Assembly (NCBI GenBank): GCA_963674705.1
Contig: OY771506.1
Coordinates: 2,848,001-2,912,000 of the forward strand
DNA: 64,000 nucleotides
Reading direction: 5' to 3'
Source of the DNA: Phycisphaeraceae bacterium
GTDB lineage: Bacteria; Planctomycetota; Phycisphaerae; Phycisphaerales; Phycisphaeraceae
Part shown: positions 1 to 9,665 of the stretch, one piece after another
How the letters are laid out: each line of letters begins with the position of its first letter
How positions within the stretch are numbered: position 1 is the first letter of the stretch
Made by a program: the position numbers and the translations under genes
Notes under the pieces: model-generated
The model's database searches: none
What the model was told of the DNA's origin: nothing
The model's input: only the letters and a program-made list of their open reading frames with translations

Positions 1-1
1 A

Positions 2-1564
2 CAGCCCGGTACGATCGAACTGCGTGACTGTAATGAAGTACCGACCCTTGACGAAGACGGCAACGAAACCCTTGTCGCCCTGAAGCGCAACGGTGAAGTG
101 CTCGTGCTTGACGATAAGAACCGCGAACTCGAGAAGTTCAAGGTGCAGTACGGTGCGTACATCCGCGTGAAACCGGGTGAACAAGTCAAGAAGGGCCAGA
201 TCCTGGTCCAATGGGACCTTCACCGTACCGCGATCCTGGCCGAGAAGGCCGGTAAGGTTCGGTTCGAGGACATCGTGATCGGCGAGACCGTACGTCCTGA
301 ACAGGAAAGCGGCGCCTCCAAGGGTAAGAAGAAAGCCAGCGACGGCGAGAAGGCCGAGAGCCTTGTGGTCATCGAGCACAAGGGCGAGATGCACCCGCGA
401 ATCGTCATCGAAGGCCCGGACGGCAAGATCCTCGACTTCCACTACCTGCCCGCGAAGGCTCGTATCGATGTGGAAGAAGGTCAGGAAATCCAGGCCGGCC
501 AGATGCTCGCACGTCAGCCGCGTGAAGCGACCGGCTCCAGCGACATCGTCGGTGGTCTGCCTCGAGTTACCGAAATCTTCGAGGCACGGCGTCCGAAGGA
601 TGCGGCCATCATGGCTGAAATCTCAGGCGACGTTGAGCTGCGAAGCGACCGCCGCCGCGGCAAGATGACGATCATCGTCAAGTCTGAAGCCGGTCTTGAA
701 GCCGAGCATCACGTGCCGCAGGACCGTCACCTGCTGGTGCACACCGGTGACTATGTCAATGCCGGTGACCCGCTGATCGACGGCCCGCTTGTTCCGCAGG
801 ACATCCTGCGTGTTAAGGGTGAAGAAGCCCTCTACAACTACCTGCTGGAAGAAGTGCAGAACGTGTACCGTGCACAGGGTGTGCCGATCAACGACAAGCA
901 CATCGAGATTATCGTGGCGCAGATGCTGCGTAAGGTCCGGGTCGAGAACCCGGGCGATGCGGACCTGTTGCCGAACGAGGTGATCGACAAGTTCCGCTTC
1001 CGCGCCGCAAACGAGGAGGTGGCCCAGAACGTGAAGGTCAAGGAAGCCGGCGCCAGCGGTCTGCCGATCGGTACGATCATCAGCCGCAACGAGGCCAAGG
1101 ACATCAACGCTCGCCTCGAAGCCGAGGGCCAGGAGCCGATGAAGACCGGCAAGTGCCGTCCGGCCAACGCCAAGACCCTGCTGCTGGGTATCACCAAGGC
1201 CAGCTTGCAGAGCGAATCGTTCCTCTCCGGTGCCAGCTTCCAGGAGACCACGAAGGTTCTCACCGAAGCGTCGCTGGCCGGCAAGAGTGACCCGCTGGAA
1301 GGCCTCAAGGAGAACGTGCTGCTGGGTCACCTTATCCCGGTCGGTACCGGTTTCAAGAAGTACACCGGCATGAAGGTCGTGAAACTGGCCGAGCCCCCGG
1401 CTCAGGAAACCCTCACCCGCGAGCAGGAGGTGGAAGACGCCACCGCCGTCGCCGAGGCTGCCGGCGCTGTCACCCCCGACGAGATCGAAACCACGGTCGG
1501 CGAATCCCGCCTGGTTGCCCAGCTTCTCGGTGAAGAATTGCCCGGCGGCGGGAACAAGAACTGA
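2..1564 (+). CDS. rpoC: DNA-directed RNA polymerase subunit beta' (C-terminal part, truncated by window start)
   Basis: Motifs DIVGGLPRVTEIFEAR, INDKHIEIIVAQM, LLGITKASL, SFLSGASFQETTKVLTEA and GLKENVLLGHLIPVGTG; frame is open from position 2. Confidence 0.98.
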   Translation, partial: QPGTIELRDCNEVPTLDEDGNETLVALKRNGEVLVLDDKNRELEKFKVQYGAYIRVKPGEQVKKGQILVQWDLHRTAILAEKAGKVRFEDIVIGETVRPEQESGASKGKKKASDGEKAESLVVIEHKGEMHPRIVIEGPDGKILDFHYLPAKARIDVEEGQEIQAGQMLARQPREATGSSDIVGGLPRVTEIFEARRPKDAAIMAEISGDVELRSDRRRGKMTIIVKSEAGLEAEHHVPQDRHLLVHTGDYVNAGDPLIDGPLVPQDILRVKGEEALYNYLLEEVQNVYRAQGVPINDKHIEIIVAQMLRKVRVENPGDADLLPNEVIDKFRFRAANEEVAQNVKVKEAGASGLPIGTIISRNEAKDINARLEAEGQEPMKTGKCRPANAKTLLLGITKASLQSESFLSGASFQETTKVLTEASLAGKSDPLEGLKENVLLGHLIPVGTGFKKYTGMKVVKLAEPPAQETLTREQEVEDATAVAEAAGAVTPDEIETTVGESRLVAQLLGEELPGGGNKN

Positions 1565-1594
1565 TCGCCGCGGCGCAACTGATATAAACTCTTT

Positions 1595-1624
1595 AAACAC
1601 CCCGACTTTTCGGGGTGTTTTTTT
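1595..1624 (+). terminator. Rho-independent terminator of rpoC
   Basis: Hairpin aaacaccccga-cttt-tcggggtgttt followed by a T-run, 30 nt after the stop. Confidence 0.85.
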
Positions 1625-1761
1625 ATACATGCCCGGCGGCTTCGGATTTTGTAACAAAAGACCTGGCTGAAGATGTAATACATGTGCAATGAGTGGGTGA
1701 TTTAGCCATTAAAATGTAAGGCGTTATTTCATCTAAATTCTTGATATCACGACATTTTTGG

Positions 1762-1790
1762 TTGACGAATATCGTCTCCCAGACAATAAT
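1762..1790 (+). promoter_or_regulatory. Putative sigma70 promoter for the PEP-CTERM/GH43 operon
   Basis: TTGACG-17 nt-AATAAT in an AT-rich intergenic region about 200 nt upstream of the first gene. Confidence 0.45.
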
Positions 1791-1996
1791 TTCATGATCT
1801 GGGTGGCTGTCCGGTATGCACCAGGATGGGCATGCCACAATTGCCGGCCAGGTATAGTTTTGGCGTCGAAGACACTGATCAGGGCCGCGTTTGGTGTTGT
1901 GTACCACGCTGGGCTGGGTGTCTGTTCAACCAAAGAATCATCACATCGGCAATCCGTCTAGTGACCTTGTTGCCGAACGGTTTGAAGGAGGAAGAT

Positions 1997-3328
1997 TTGA
2001 AACCTGTCTTTGCTCATAAGCGTGTTAATGTCCGCTCATCTCGTCTTGCTTTGGGATTCACGCTGGCGGGTCTCGCTGTTACAGGCACGGTCGCGCAGGC
2101 ACAGTCGTGGAACATCAACTTTGCCGGCCGGGATGCCACCGACGAGTACGTCACCGTGGCCGACGGAACCGACCCGATCGGCATGGGCGGCGGTACGTGG
2201 AACAACCTCATTTCGCCCGGGGGCAGTTGGAGTTGGGACCCGTCCTCGCCGCTTTCGATCGTTGAAGCCGATGGCGGCACGTCGATCAACCTCGATTGGG
2301 GCCCCAGTGGTAGCCTTAGGGACCACGATGCCAATATCAGTGGCACGTACACTGACCTGAATAAGGGTTGGTTCGGCCACTGGGATAACTTCGAGCAGAC
2401 GCTGAACTTCACCAACATACCCGCCGGCACGTACGACGTGACGGTCTACTTTACGTGGATATGGAATGAAAACAGCGTGGACTACGAAATCACTACCGGC
2501 ACAGGTAGCGACCTGGGTACGAAGACGCTCTACCCCGATCAATCCACCGCAGCCAGCTACAACCAGTACGTAGAAGGCAACAACTTCCTCGTCTTCGAGA
2601 ATGTCAGCCCCGACAGCGGCAACCTTGACCTGCACATTTTCAACACCGAAGACGGTGGCATCAGCGCGATTCAGATTACGACACGCCAGCCTACACTCAC
2701 AGTCGTGGTCAACACGATCACCGGCGAAGCCGAACTGAAGAACATGGCTGACGAGGCCGTGACATTCGATTATTACCTGATTGGTAGTGCTGCGGGCGCT
2801 TTGGATGCAAACACGTGGAACAGTATGGACGATCAGGAAGCCGACCCCGCGGGCTTCGGTTGGGTCGAAGCCGGCGGTTCCAATGACACGCAACTGGCTG
2901 AATTGAACCTGACCGATGCAATCACGCTGGCGGCGAATGAATCCGTATCGCTGGGTGATGCGTTTGATACAACGGTGTTTGGTTCGGGCATCGATGGCGA
3001 CCTTACGTTCCGTTACGGCGTTCCCGGCAGATCAGCGCTTGGGTATGGCGTTGTGACCTACGTCACGAGCATCCCCGGCGATCTGGATGGTGACGGGTTT
3101 GTCGGCCTCAGTGACCTGGACCTGATCCTGAACAACTGGAACATGACTATTCCCGATGGTGATCCCGCAGCCGATCCGAGCGGTGATGACTTTGTCGGTC
3201 TGGATGACCTGGACATCGTCCTGAACAACTGGAACGCAGGCACACCCCCGACCGTTGCGGTACCCGAGCCGGCGAGCATGGCGATGGGATTGTTAGGCGC
3301 GGGGCTGTGCGTTCTTCGCCGGCGATGA
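1997..3328 (+). CDS. Secreted PEP-CTERM protein with beta-rich domains and a dockerin-like repeat pair
   Basis: TTG start after RBS aaggagg; signal peptide ending AQA; duplicated GDLDGDGFVGLSDLD/DPSGDDFVGLDDLD motif; C-terminal VPEP + TM + RRR. Confidence 0.85.
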   Translation: MKPVFAHKRVNVRSSRLALGFTLAGLAVTGTVAQAQSWNINFAGRDATDEYVTVADGTDPIGMGGGTWNNLISPGGSWSWDPSSPLSIVEADGGTSINLDWGPSGSLRDHDANISGTYTDLNKGWFGHWDNFEQTLNFTNIPAGTYDVTVYFTWIWNENSVDYEITTGTGSDLGTKTLYPDQSTAASYNQYVEGNNFLVFENVSPDSGNLDLHIFNTEDGGISAIQITTRQPTLTVVVNTITGEAELKNMADEAVTFDYYLIGSAAGALDANTWNSMDDQEADPAGFGWVEAGGSNDTQLAELNLTDAITLAANESVSLGDAFDTTVFGSGIDGDLTFRYGVPGRSALGYGVVTYVTSIPGDLDGDGFVGLSDLDLILNNWNMTIPDGDPAADPSGDDFVGLDDLDIVLNNWNAGTPPTVAVPEPASMAMGLLGAGLCVLRRR

Positions 3329-3382
3329 CCTGAGCGAATCGAATGATCCCTTTGAGACGAAACGACGCCAGGGAGGCGCGAG

Positions 3383-4645
3383 ATGTGTAAGCACATAACC
3401 ATACTGGCCACGCTATGCGGGATGTTATTCAGCATCAGCGCTGTTCAAGCCCAGAATATGGGTTATGTCTACGCTTATTTTGAAGGCGGTTGGCCTGACG
3501 GCGGGCACAGCGGTGTTTACCTTGCCTACAGCGAGGACGGCTACACCTTCCACGATATGAACGGCGGTAACGCGGTCCTGCAAACCCAGGATATGCCCGG
3601 GGTCGACACGGATGAAGATCAGATGCGAGACCCCTCGGTGGTCTACGGCCCGGACGGCAAATTCCACATGGTCTGGACCACCTCCGCTGTCGAGGTGAAT
3701 CGCAATATCGGCTACGCATGGTCCTACGATCTGAAGACTTGGAACGATGTGCAGCTTATCGAGATGTGGGACGCTGCTTCCACACCCAACATCGAGCACA
3801 CCTGGGCTCCTGAAATCGAATATAACGGCAATGGTGAATACGAAATTATCTTCACCGCTAACCCATACAATGGCCTATCCGGCTACGACGGTTATCTTTA
3901 TCTCTGGTCCACCACGACGACGGACTTCGTCAACTTCACGACACCTGTCGAGGCATATAACGGTGGCGTGAACGTAATCGATGGCGACAAAACCTACAAC
4001 CCCGCCACCGGCACCTACTTCATGCCCATGGAAGATGCTGTTGCGGGGCAACCGAACGATATATCTGTCGCCACGAGTCTCACGGGCGAACCGGGAACGT
4101 GGACGCGTGATGACAGTCTGACGATCGATATCTTCAGCCAACCCACGGAAGGTCCGTCGCTGATTCAGATCGATGGTTTATGGCATCTTTACTTTGATTA
4201 CTTTGGCGTTGGTGTTCTGGGCTTGGCGACCTCGCCGGACCTGGTCAACTGGACCGAAAGCTCCGACCAGGCAACGCTGCCCGCCGGCCGGCACGGCACC
4301 GTCTTTACCGCCCCGGTGGACGTTATCGCGTTTGACTACCTGCCTTACGGCCGAAGTGATTTGGACGGCAACGAAACGATCGACATCAACGACTGGATGA
4401 TCTTCACCGCGAATCATCTCACAGACCTATCGGGCCTTACGCCGGAGCAGCAAGCGGCGCTGGGTGATTTGAACGGTGATGGATTGAATAACTATCTCGA
4501 CTTTCGTCTGTTCAAGGATGACTACAACGGATTCCACGGCGACGGCAGCTTCGAGCAGATGCTCAGCGTTGTTCCCGAACCGGCATCCGGCTTGACGCTG
4601 ATCGCACTCGGTATCGTGATGACATTCGGCAAACGAGTGCGATAG
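3383..4645 (+). CDS. GH43-like glycoside hydrolase (five-bladed propeller) + dockerin-like domain + PEP-CTERM
   Basis: Signal peptide; RDP, WAPE, IDG and EGP catalytic motifs; SDLDGNETIDINDW and GDLNGDGLNNYLDF repeats; VPEP-TM-basic tail. Confidence 0.85.
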   Translation: MCKHITILATLCGMLFSISAVQAQNMGYVYAYFEGGWPDGGHSGVYLAYSEDGYTFHDMNGGNAVLQTQDMPGVDTDEDQMRDPSVVYGPDGKFHMVWTTSAVEVNRNIGYAWSYDLKTWNDVQLIEMWDAASTPNIEHTWAPEIEYNGNGEYEIIFTANPYNGLSGYDGYLYLWSTTTTDFVNFTTPVEAYNGGVNVIDGDKTYNPATGTYFMPMEDAVAGQPNDISVATSLTGEPGTWTRDDSLTIDIFSQPTEGPSLIQIDGLWHLYFDYFGVGVLGLATSPDLVNWTESSDQATLPAGRHGTVFTAPVDVIAFDYLPYGRSDLDGNETIDINDWMIFTANHLTDLSGLTPEQQAALGDLNGDGLNNYLDFRLFKDDYNGFHGDGSFEQMLSVVPEPASGLTLIALGIVMTFGKRVR

Positions 4646-4678
4646 ATCGACACGTACACGCGACGGCAAGTGTGAATC

Positions 4679-5938
4679 ATGGCAATGTTGGATATGACGA
4701 TGAACTTTCGGACGACAACCGGTGCTTTGATGATGGCGCTGACGCTGGGTCTGGGTACTGCCCCGGTCCACGCTCAGAACACCGGCTACGTCTACGCCTA
4801 CTTCGAGGGCCCGTGGCCGATCGGCGGCGAGTCCGGCATCTACCTCGCCTACAGCGAAGACGGCTACAACTTCCAGAACATGAACGGCGGCAACGCGGTC
4901 TTGTCTGTCGAAGGTATGTACGACGAAACCGAAGACATGATGCGCGATCCGTCCGTGGTTTACGCCGACGGCAAGTTCCACATGGTCTGGACTACCTCCG
5001 CACTCGACGTGAACCGCAATATCGGCTACGCCTGGTCCTACGACCTGAAGACTTGGAACGATGTGCAGCTCATCGAGGTCTTCGACGAAGCATCGACACC
5101 CAACATCGGACATACCTGGGCGCCGGATATCGAATACAACGGCAACGGCGAGTACGAGATCATCTTCACCGCCGATCCTTACGGTGATCACCTCGCGCTC
5201 TGGTCCACCACGACCACCGACTTCGTCAACTTCACCACACCCGTGTCGGCTTTCGATCCCGGCTATCAGGCCATCGACGGCGACAAGACCTACAACCCGG
5301 ACACCGGCACGTATGTGATGCCCGTGGTGACGGACCAGGGAAGCCCCATCCACATGGCCACCAGCACCACCGGCGAGCCGGGTACGTGGGTTCTGGACAA
5401 CAACCTGACGGTTGACGTCTTCACGGGGCCGACGGAAGGCCCATCACTGATCCAGATCGACGGCCTGTGGTACATGTATATCGACTACCACAGCGTCGGG
5501 GTCCTCGGCTTGGCAACCTCGCCGGACCTGATCAACTGGACCGAAGTCTCCGACCTTGCCACGCTGCCCAACGGCCGACACGGCGCCGCGTTCGCCGCAC
5601 CGTTGAACGTCATCGCTTTCAGCCTCTTGCCTCATGGCCGCAGTGATCTGGATGGCAACGAAACGATCGATGTCAATGATTGGTTGATCTTTACTGCCAA
5701 TCATTTGGCTGACCTGTCGGGTCTGACATCCGAGCAGCAGGCAGCGAAGGGCGATCTGAACGGTGATGGATTGAATGACTTTAGTGACTTCCGTTTGTTT
5801 CAGGATGACTACGATGCGTTCCATGGTGATGGTGCGTTCGCGACCATGCTGATAACAGTTCCGGAACCGATGTCAGGCGTATGCCTGGCAATCGTCGGAT
5901 TAGCTTTATTCACTGGTTATCGCAGGAGGTTGTCGTGA
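4679..5938 (+). CDS. GH43-like glycoside hydrolase + dockerin-like domain + PEP-CTERM (paralogue 2)
   Basis: Same architecture with RDP/WAPD/IDG/EGP motifs; closely similar to the preceding gene. The start may be a few codons downstream. Confidence 0.85.
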   Translation: MAMLDMTMNFRTTTGALMMALTLGLGTAPVHAQNTGYVYAYFEGPWPIGGESGIYLAYSEDGYNFQNMNGGNAVLSVEGMYDETEDMMRDPSVVYADGKFHMVWTTSALDVNRNIGYAWSYDLKTWNDVQLIEVFDEASTPNIGHTWAPDIEYNGNGEYEIIFTADPYGDHLALWSTTTTDFVNFTTPVSAFDPGYQAIDGDKTYNPDTGTYVMPVVTDQGSPIHMATSTTGEPGTWVLDNNLTVDVFTGPTEGPSLIQIDGLWYMYIDYHSVGVLGLATSPDLINWTEVSDLATLPNGRHGAAFAAPLNVIAFSLLPHGRSDLDGNETIDVNDWLIFTANHLADLSGLTSEQQAAKGDLNGDGLNDFSDFRLFQDDYDAFHGDGAFATMLITVPEPMSGVCLAIVGLALFTGYRRRLS

Positions 5939-7209
5939 CGCGTCGATGTATTTGCAGCGCCTTAGCTATCAGTCTGGCATGTTGTGGGGGCGCAGCTCGT
6001 GTTCAAGGCAGCACGACCGGCTATGTTTACGCCTACTTCCAGGGCGGCTGGCCTACGGGCGGCCACAGCGGCGTGTACATGAGCTACAGCGAAGACGGGT
6101 TGAACTTCACGCCTATGAATGACGGCAATCCCGTGTTTGTTCCACCGGACGCGTGGGGCAATGACACGGACACCGATGATGAAGATCAGGCTCGCGACCC
6201 TTCGGTGGTCTACGCCAATGGTGTGTACCACATGGTCTGGACATCGGGTATCACCACACGTTCGATCGGCTACGCATCATCGACGGACCTGATGAACTGG
6301 ACCGATGTACAATTGATCGATATCTGGGACCAGAGCACGGTCGTCAACCACACGTGGGCGCCCGAGGTTTTCTACGACGAAGCTAATTCGCAATTCCAGA
6401 TCATCTTTGCTTCTGACCTGGATAACGGGGATCACAAGCTGTACTCGATCACGACGACCGACTTTACAAGCTTCAGTTCGCCAAGTCTGTATTACTACAA
6501 CGGCGTGACAGTGATTGATGCGATGATCGCGTATGACGAGTTGAACAATCAGTACCTGATGGCGATCAAGGACGAGCAAGGCGGGCAGAAGAATGTTCGT
6601 CTGGCGACCGCGTCAAGCGCCCAGGGCCCGTGGACGACCAACAATCCGATCATCGTCGGGCCGGGTTCGGGTATCGAGGAAAATGCGACCGAAGGCCCAT
6701 CTATCATCAAGATCGGTGATACCTGGTACATGTATTACGACGCCTACGGCGCGGGTTATCTCGGCGTAGCGACCACGACCGATAGCGATCCGACCAACGC
6801 CGGTTCGTGGGTCAATGTGACTTCGCAGTCCACGATGCCAAGCGGCCATCACGGCACGGTGTTCGCCTCGCCTGTCAGTTCCATCGCCTTTGAGTATCTG
6901 CCGTATTCCCGCAGCGATTTGAATGGTGATGAACAGATCAGTATCGACGACTGGCTGATCTTTACCGCCAACCACCTGGTGGATCTGTCCGGCCTGACAG
7001 TCCAGCAGCAGGCGGCGCTGGGTGATCTCAATGGTGACGGGCTAAACGACTACAATGACTTCCGTCTATTCAAAAGCGATTTCGATGCGATCTATGGCGA
7101 TGGGGCATTCGTGACCATGCTCTCATCGGTACCAGAGCCCGGGACGGGGCTTGCACTAGGAGCCATGACGATCGGCTTGGCCGCGGCCCGTAAGCGCCGA
7201 TGTTCATGA
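5935..7209 (+). CDS. GH43-like glycoside hydrolase + dockerin-like domain + PEP-CTERM (paralogue 3)
   Basis: GTG start overlapping the previous stop (GTGA) after RBS aggagg; RDP/WAPE/IDA/EGP motifs; VPEP tail. Confidence 0.85.
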   Translation: MTRRCICSALAISLACCGGAARVQGSTTGYVYAYFQGGWPTGGHSGVYMSYSEDGLNFTPMNDGNPVFVPPDAWGNDTDTDDEDQARDPSVVYANGVYHMVWTSGITTRSIGYASSTDLMNWTDVQLIDIWDQSTVVNHTWAPEVFYDEANSQFQIIFASDLDNGDHKLYSITTTDFTSFSSPSLYYYNGVTVIDAMIAYDELNNQYLMAIKDEQGGQKNVRLATASSAQGPWTTNNPIIVGPGSGIEENATEGPSIIKIGDTWYMYYDAYGAGYLGVATTTDSDPTNAGSWVNVTSQSTMPSGHHGTVFASPVSSIAFEYLPYSRSDLNGDEQISIDDWLIFTANHLVDLSGLTVQQQAALGDLNGDGLNDYNDFRLFKSDFDAIYGDGAFVTMLSSVPEPGTGLALGAMTIGLAAARKRRCS

Positions 7210-7225
7210 ACGGAATAGACTGACT

Positions 7226-7266
7226 AAACAAAAAGCCCGCATATTTAAGCCGCGGGCTTTTTGTTT
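7226..7266. terminator. Bidirectional Rho-independent terminator
   Basis: aaacaaaaagcccgc...gcgggctttttgttt between convergent genes. Confidence 0.85.
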
Positions 7267-7290
7267 GGTGTGATCGATTCTGTGTAATAA

Positions 7291-8226
7291 TTAGAAGTCA
7301 AACACCACGGCACCATAGTATTTGACATCATTGTGTTTGGAATCGCCTTCGGTTTTTGATCGGTATTCGTTATCAATACCGAACTTGAGCCTCATGCCGT
7401 CGGCCTCGTCGATCTTGATCGACCATGCGGCGCCGGCGTTGGTGCGTGATTCACCAAAGTCACCCAGGTCCGGATACACGGTGACGTAGCTGGAAAGCTT
7501 CTGACGGTCGCTGATTGTGTAGTCCCATTCCAAGCCCAACAGCGCCTCGGGCTTCAGCTCATCGACATCGCCGAATTCATAACTGGCACCGAGACCGGCC
7601 CGACCGATGACACTGTGCTTATCGTTTTTAACCATCTGCTTGCCAACACCAGCAAAGAGGCTTGCCCGCGTTTCCCAGTCGGTGAACTCGTCGTATTCCA
7701 GTTTGCCGGTGACGAATTTGAACCAAGGGCTGTCCGGCATGAGCCAGTCATGCGTGAATCCCGCATTAGCTTCGTTGCGTGTTGTGTTGCCGTCGTCATC
7801 GCTGCGGTAATAGTTCAGGTTGAGCTTGGTGCGCTCTTCATCATTCTCACGCATCGCGGCGAAGCCGACCAGAACATTTAAGGTCTGGCTGTTGCCGTCC
7901 GATCCGTTGAAGCCGGCTTCGAAGTGTTTTTCCCAGCCGGGCAGGATCTTGTTGGACCACTCATTGGCGGGTTTGGCTTCCGGCTCGGGGGCGACCTCGA
8001 CAGGCTCCGCCTTCGCTTCATCCGAATCGACGTTTACGGCTTTGATCTGATCTTTCGTGAACGTGAGTTCACCGAGCAGGGGGTGGGTGAGTTTGACGGC
8101 CGAGTCTGATTGTTCGGTGACCGTGCCGTGGAGCAAGTCGCCCGAGTTCAGTTCTACGGTATCCGCCGATAGCAGGGAGGTAGCGATAGAGACGGCTAGC
8201 GCCGCTGATAGAAAGCTGCGTGTCAT
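7291..8226 (-). CDS. DUF481/YdiY-family outer-membrane beta-barrel protein
   Basis: Signal peptide; N-terminal DTVELNSGDLLHG motif; alternating beta-strand pattern; GN-SQT motif; C-terminal Phe (VVFDF). Confidence 0.75.
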   Translation of the reverse strand: MTRSFLSAALAVSIATSLLSADTVELNSGDLLHGTVTEQSDSAVKLTHPLLGELTFTKDQIKAVNVDSDEAKAEPVEVAPEPEAKPANEWSNKILPGWEKHFEAGFNGSDGNSQTLNVLVGFAAMRENDEERTKLNLNYYRSDDDGNTTRNEANAGFTHDWLMPDSPWFKFVTGKLEYDEFTDWETRASLFAGVGKQMVKNDKHSVIGRAGLGASYEFGDVDELKPEALLGLEWDYTISDRQKLSSYVTVYPDLGDFGESRTNAGAAWSIKIDEADGMRLKFGIDNEYRSKTEGDSKHNDVKYYGAVVFDF

Positions 8227-8342
8227 GTATGGTCCTCTGATCAGTAAGGGTCTGAACAAATATTGCTGTCAGATATTGTACAGTTCTGGGGTATTTACTG
8301 CCATCCCCCTGAGGTGGGCTTTGCCCTGAATAGAGGTCCAAT

Positions 8343-8374
8343 AAAAAACCGCCGGGCGTCAAGCCCGACGGTTT
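8343..8374 (-). terminator. Rho-independent terminator
   Basis: aaaaaaccgccgggc...gcccgacggttt hairpin downstream of the minus-strand PEP-CTERM gene. Confidence 0.75.
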
Positions 8375-8397
8375 GAAAGACTATGCTGGATATCAAT

Positions 8398-9333
8398 TTA
8401 GCGACGACGGATCATCGCCAGGCCGCCGAGGCCCATCAGCGCGAGGCTGGCGGGTTCGGGGGTGACAACGACATTGTCGATCAAGGTAATATTCAACAAG
8501 TAGTCGTTGGGGTCCGATGATGAACTGCTGTTGGTGTCGGCGTGACCGAGCAGGAAGTTGCTACCGCCCAAGGTCAGGGAGCTTGTATCCACGGTAGCGA
8601 TCAACAGGCCATCGATCGAGAACGTGGTTGTGTTGCCCGCAACAACCATTTCCACCGTGACCCATTGGAAAGCGGTCTCGCCGCTGTCGGTGACACCGGT
8701 TTGGGCTGGGTATAGCAAGGTTTGCGCCGCAGGAGCAGATGCCCCGCCGAACACGGAATAGTAGGCAGCGCTACCATTCCTTGCACCACCCGGAGCGGCA
8801 AACACGGGGTCACCCTCTGGGTAGCCTGTAACGGCTGCAGAAGAGTACGCACGGTAATCAACCGAAGACCCGCCATCCAGAGTTACGCCGAACATAACAC
8901 TCTCAGAAACCACGCCCGGATAGACGGCTGAGGAGCCGGAAGTGCCGACGCCCATCATGGAAAGTTGCGTGGTGCCGCTACCGCCGGCGCCTAAGGGGCC
9001 GACGTAGTTCTGCCACATATCGAACGTGACAGTGTAATTCGTGCCGAAGCTTTCGCCTGTTGGCGAGACACTGAACCCGCCGAAGACGGCGGCGCTGTTA
9101 TTCGCAGTCATCTTCAGCCCCAGGGTGTCGCTACCGTTGGCTGAGGGCACGCCGATGGCAGAGTAGTCGTATGAGAAGTCTACCAGGATGTCGGTAACGC
9201 CTGGATCGTTGATGGTCCAGTTGGCACTGTTATCGACGTTGAAGTCTTCGCTATACAGGGCGCCAAACGCGCTGCCTGAGGCCAGGCACAATGCTGTAAG
9301 CGATGTCAGGCACAAACCAGTCTTTTGTTTCAT
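8398..9333 (-). CDS. Secreted PEP-CTERM protein, beta-sandwich domain of unknown function
   Basis: Signal peptide (AFG); strong RBS aaggag; C-terminal TPEPASLALMGLGGLAMIRRR. Confidence 0.88.
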   Translation of the reverse strand: MKQKTGLCLTSLTALCLASGSAFGALYSEDFNVDNSANWTINDPGVTDILVDFSYDYSAIGVPSANGSDTLGLKMTANNSAAVFGGFSVSPTGESFGTNYTVTFDMWQNYVGPLGAGGSGTTQLSMMGVGTSGSSAVYPGVVSESVMFGVTLDGGSSVDYRAYSSAAVTGYPEGDPVFAAPGGARNGSAAYYSVFGGASAPAAQTLLYPAQTGVTDSGETAFQWVTVEMVVAGNTTTFSIDGLLIATVDTSSLTLGGSNFLLGHADTNSSSSSDPNDYLLNITLIDNVVVTPEPASLALMGLGGLAMIRRR

Positions 9334-9517
9334 CTCTCCGCTCCTTTAAATGCCGAACACAGCGCATACAACTCACAGCGGTATGCCTGTAAACGGGGTT
9401 TTGGTAAATTATTTTGGAAGGTGCTGGCCGCTAACAAAGCAGCTTAATAGAAGTAATGTGGTCTTTCTCCCTTAGCCGGTAAACGAGCCGGCCGACAATC
9501 TCGACTTCATATAATAC

Positions 9518-9546
9518 ATCATGCCAGTAGAAGTGTTTAAAGTCAA
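9518..9546 (-). promoter_or_regulatory. Putative sigma70 promoter
   Basis: Minus strand TTGACT-17 nt-CATGAT. Confidence 0.45.
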
Positions 9547-9611
9547 CAGAATTGCACATTTTCAGGGAATCTTGACGCCAGTAGTGACGGTTGTTGGTAG
9601 ATGATAGACAT

Positions 9612-9643
9612 AAAAACCGCCGGGTATTAAACCCGGCGGTTTT
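9612..9643 (-). terminator. Rho-independent terminator
   Basis: aaaaaccgccgggt-attaa-acccggcggtttt perfect hairpin. Confidence 0.85.
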
Positions 9644-9665
9644 AGAGTCTTAAAGGATATTCAGC

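Noticed and set aside
623..1657. 344-aa minus-strand ORF and many other long antisense ORFs (e.g. 27715..28893, 20514..21323, 54921..55730)
   Set aside because: They are shadows of well-supported genes in GC-rich DNA and carry no recognisable motifs.
1795..1990. Riboswitch in the leader of the first PEP-CTERM gene
   Set aside because: Only one clear hairpin and no recognisable aptamer consensus; a covariance search would be needed.
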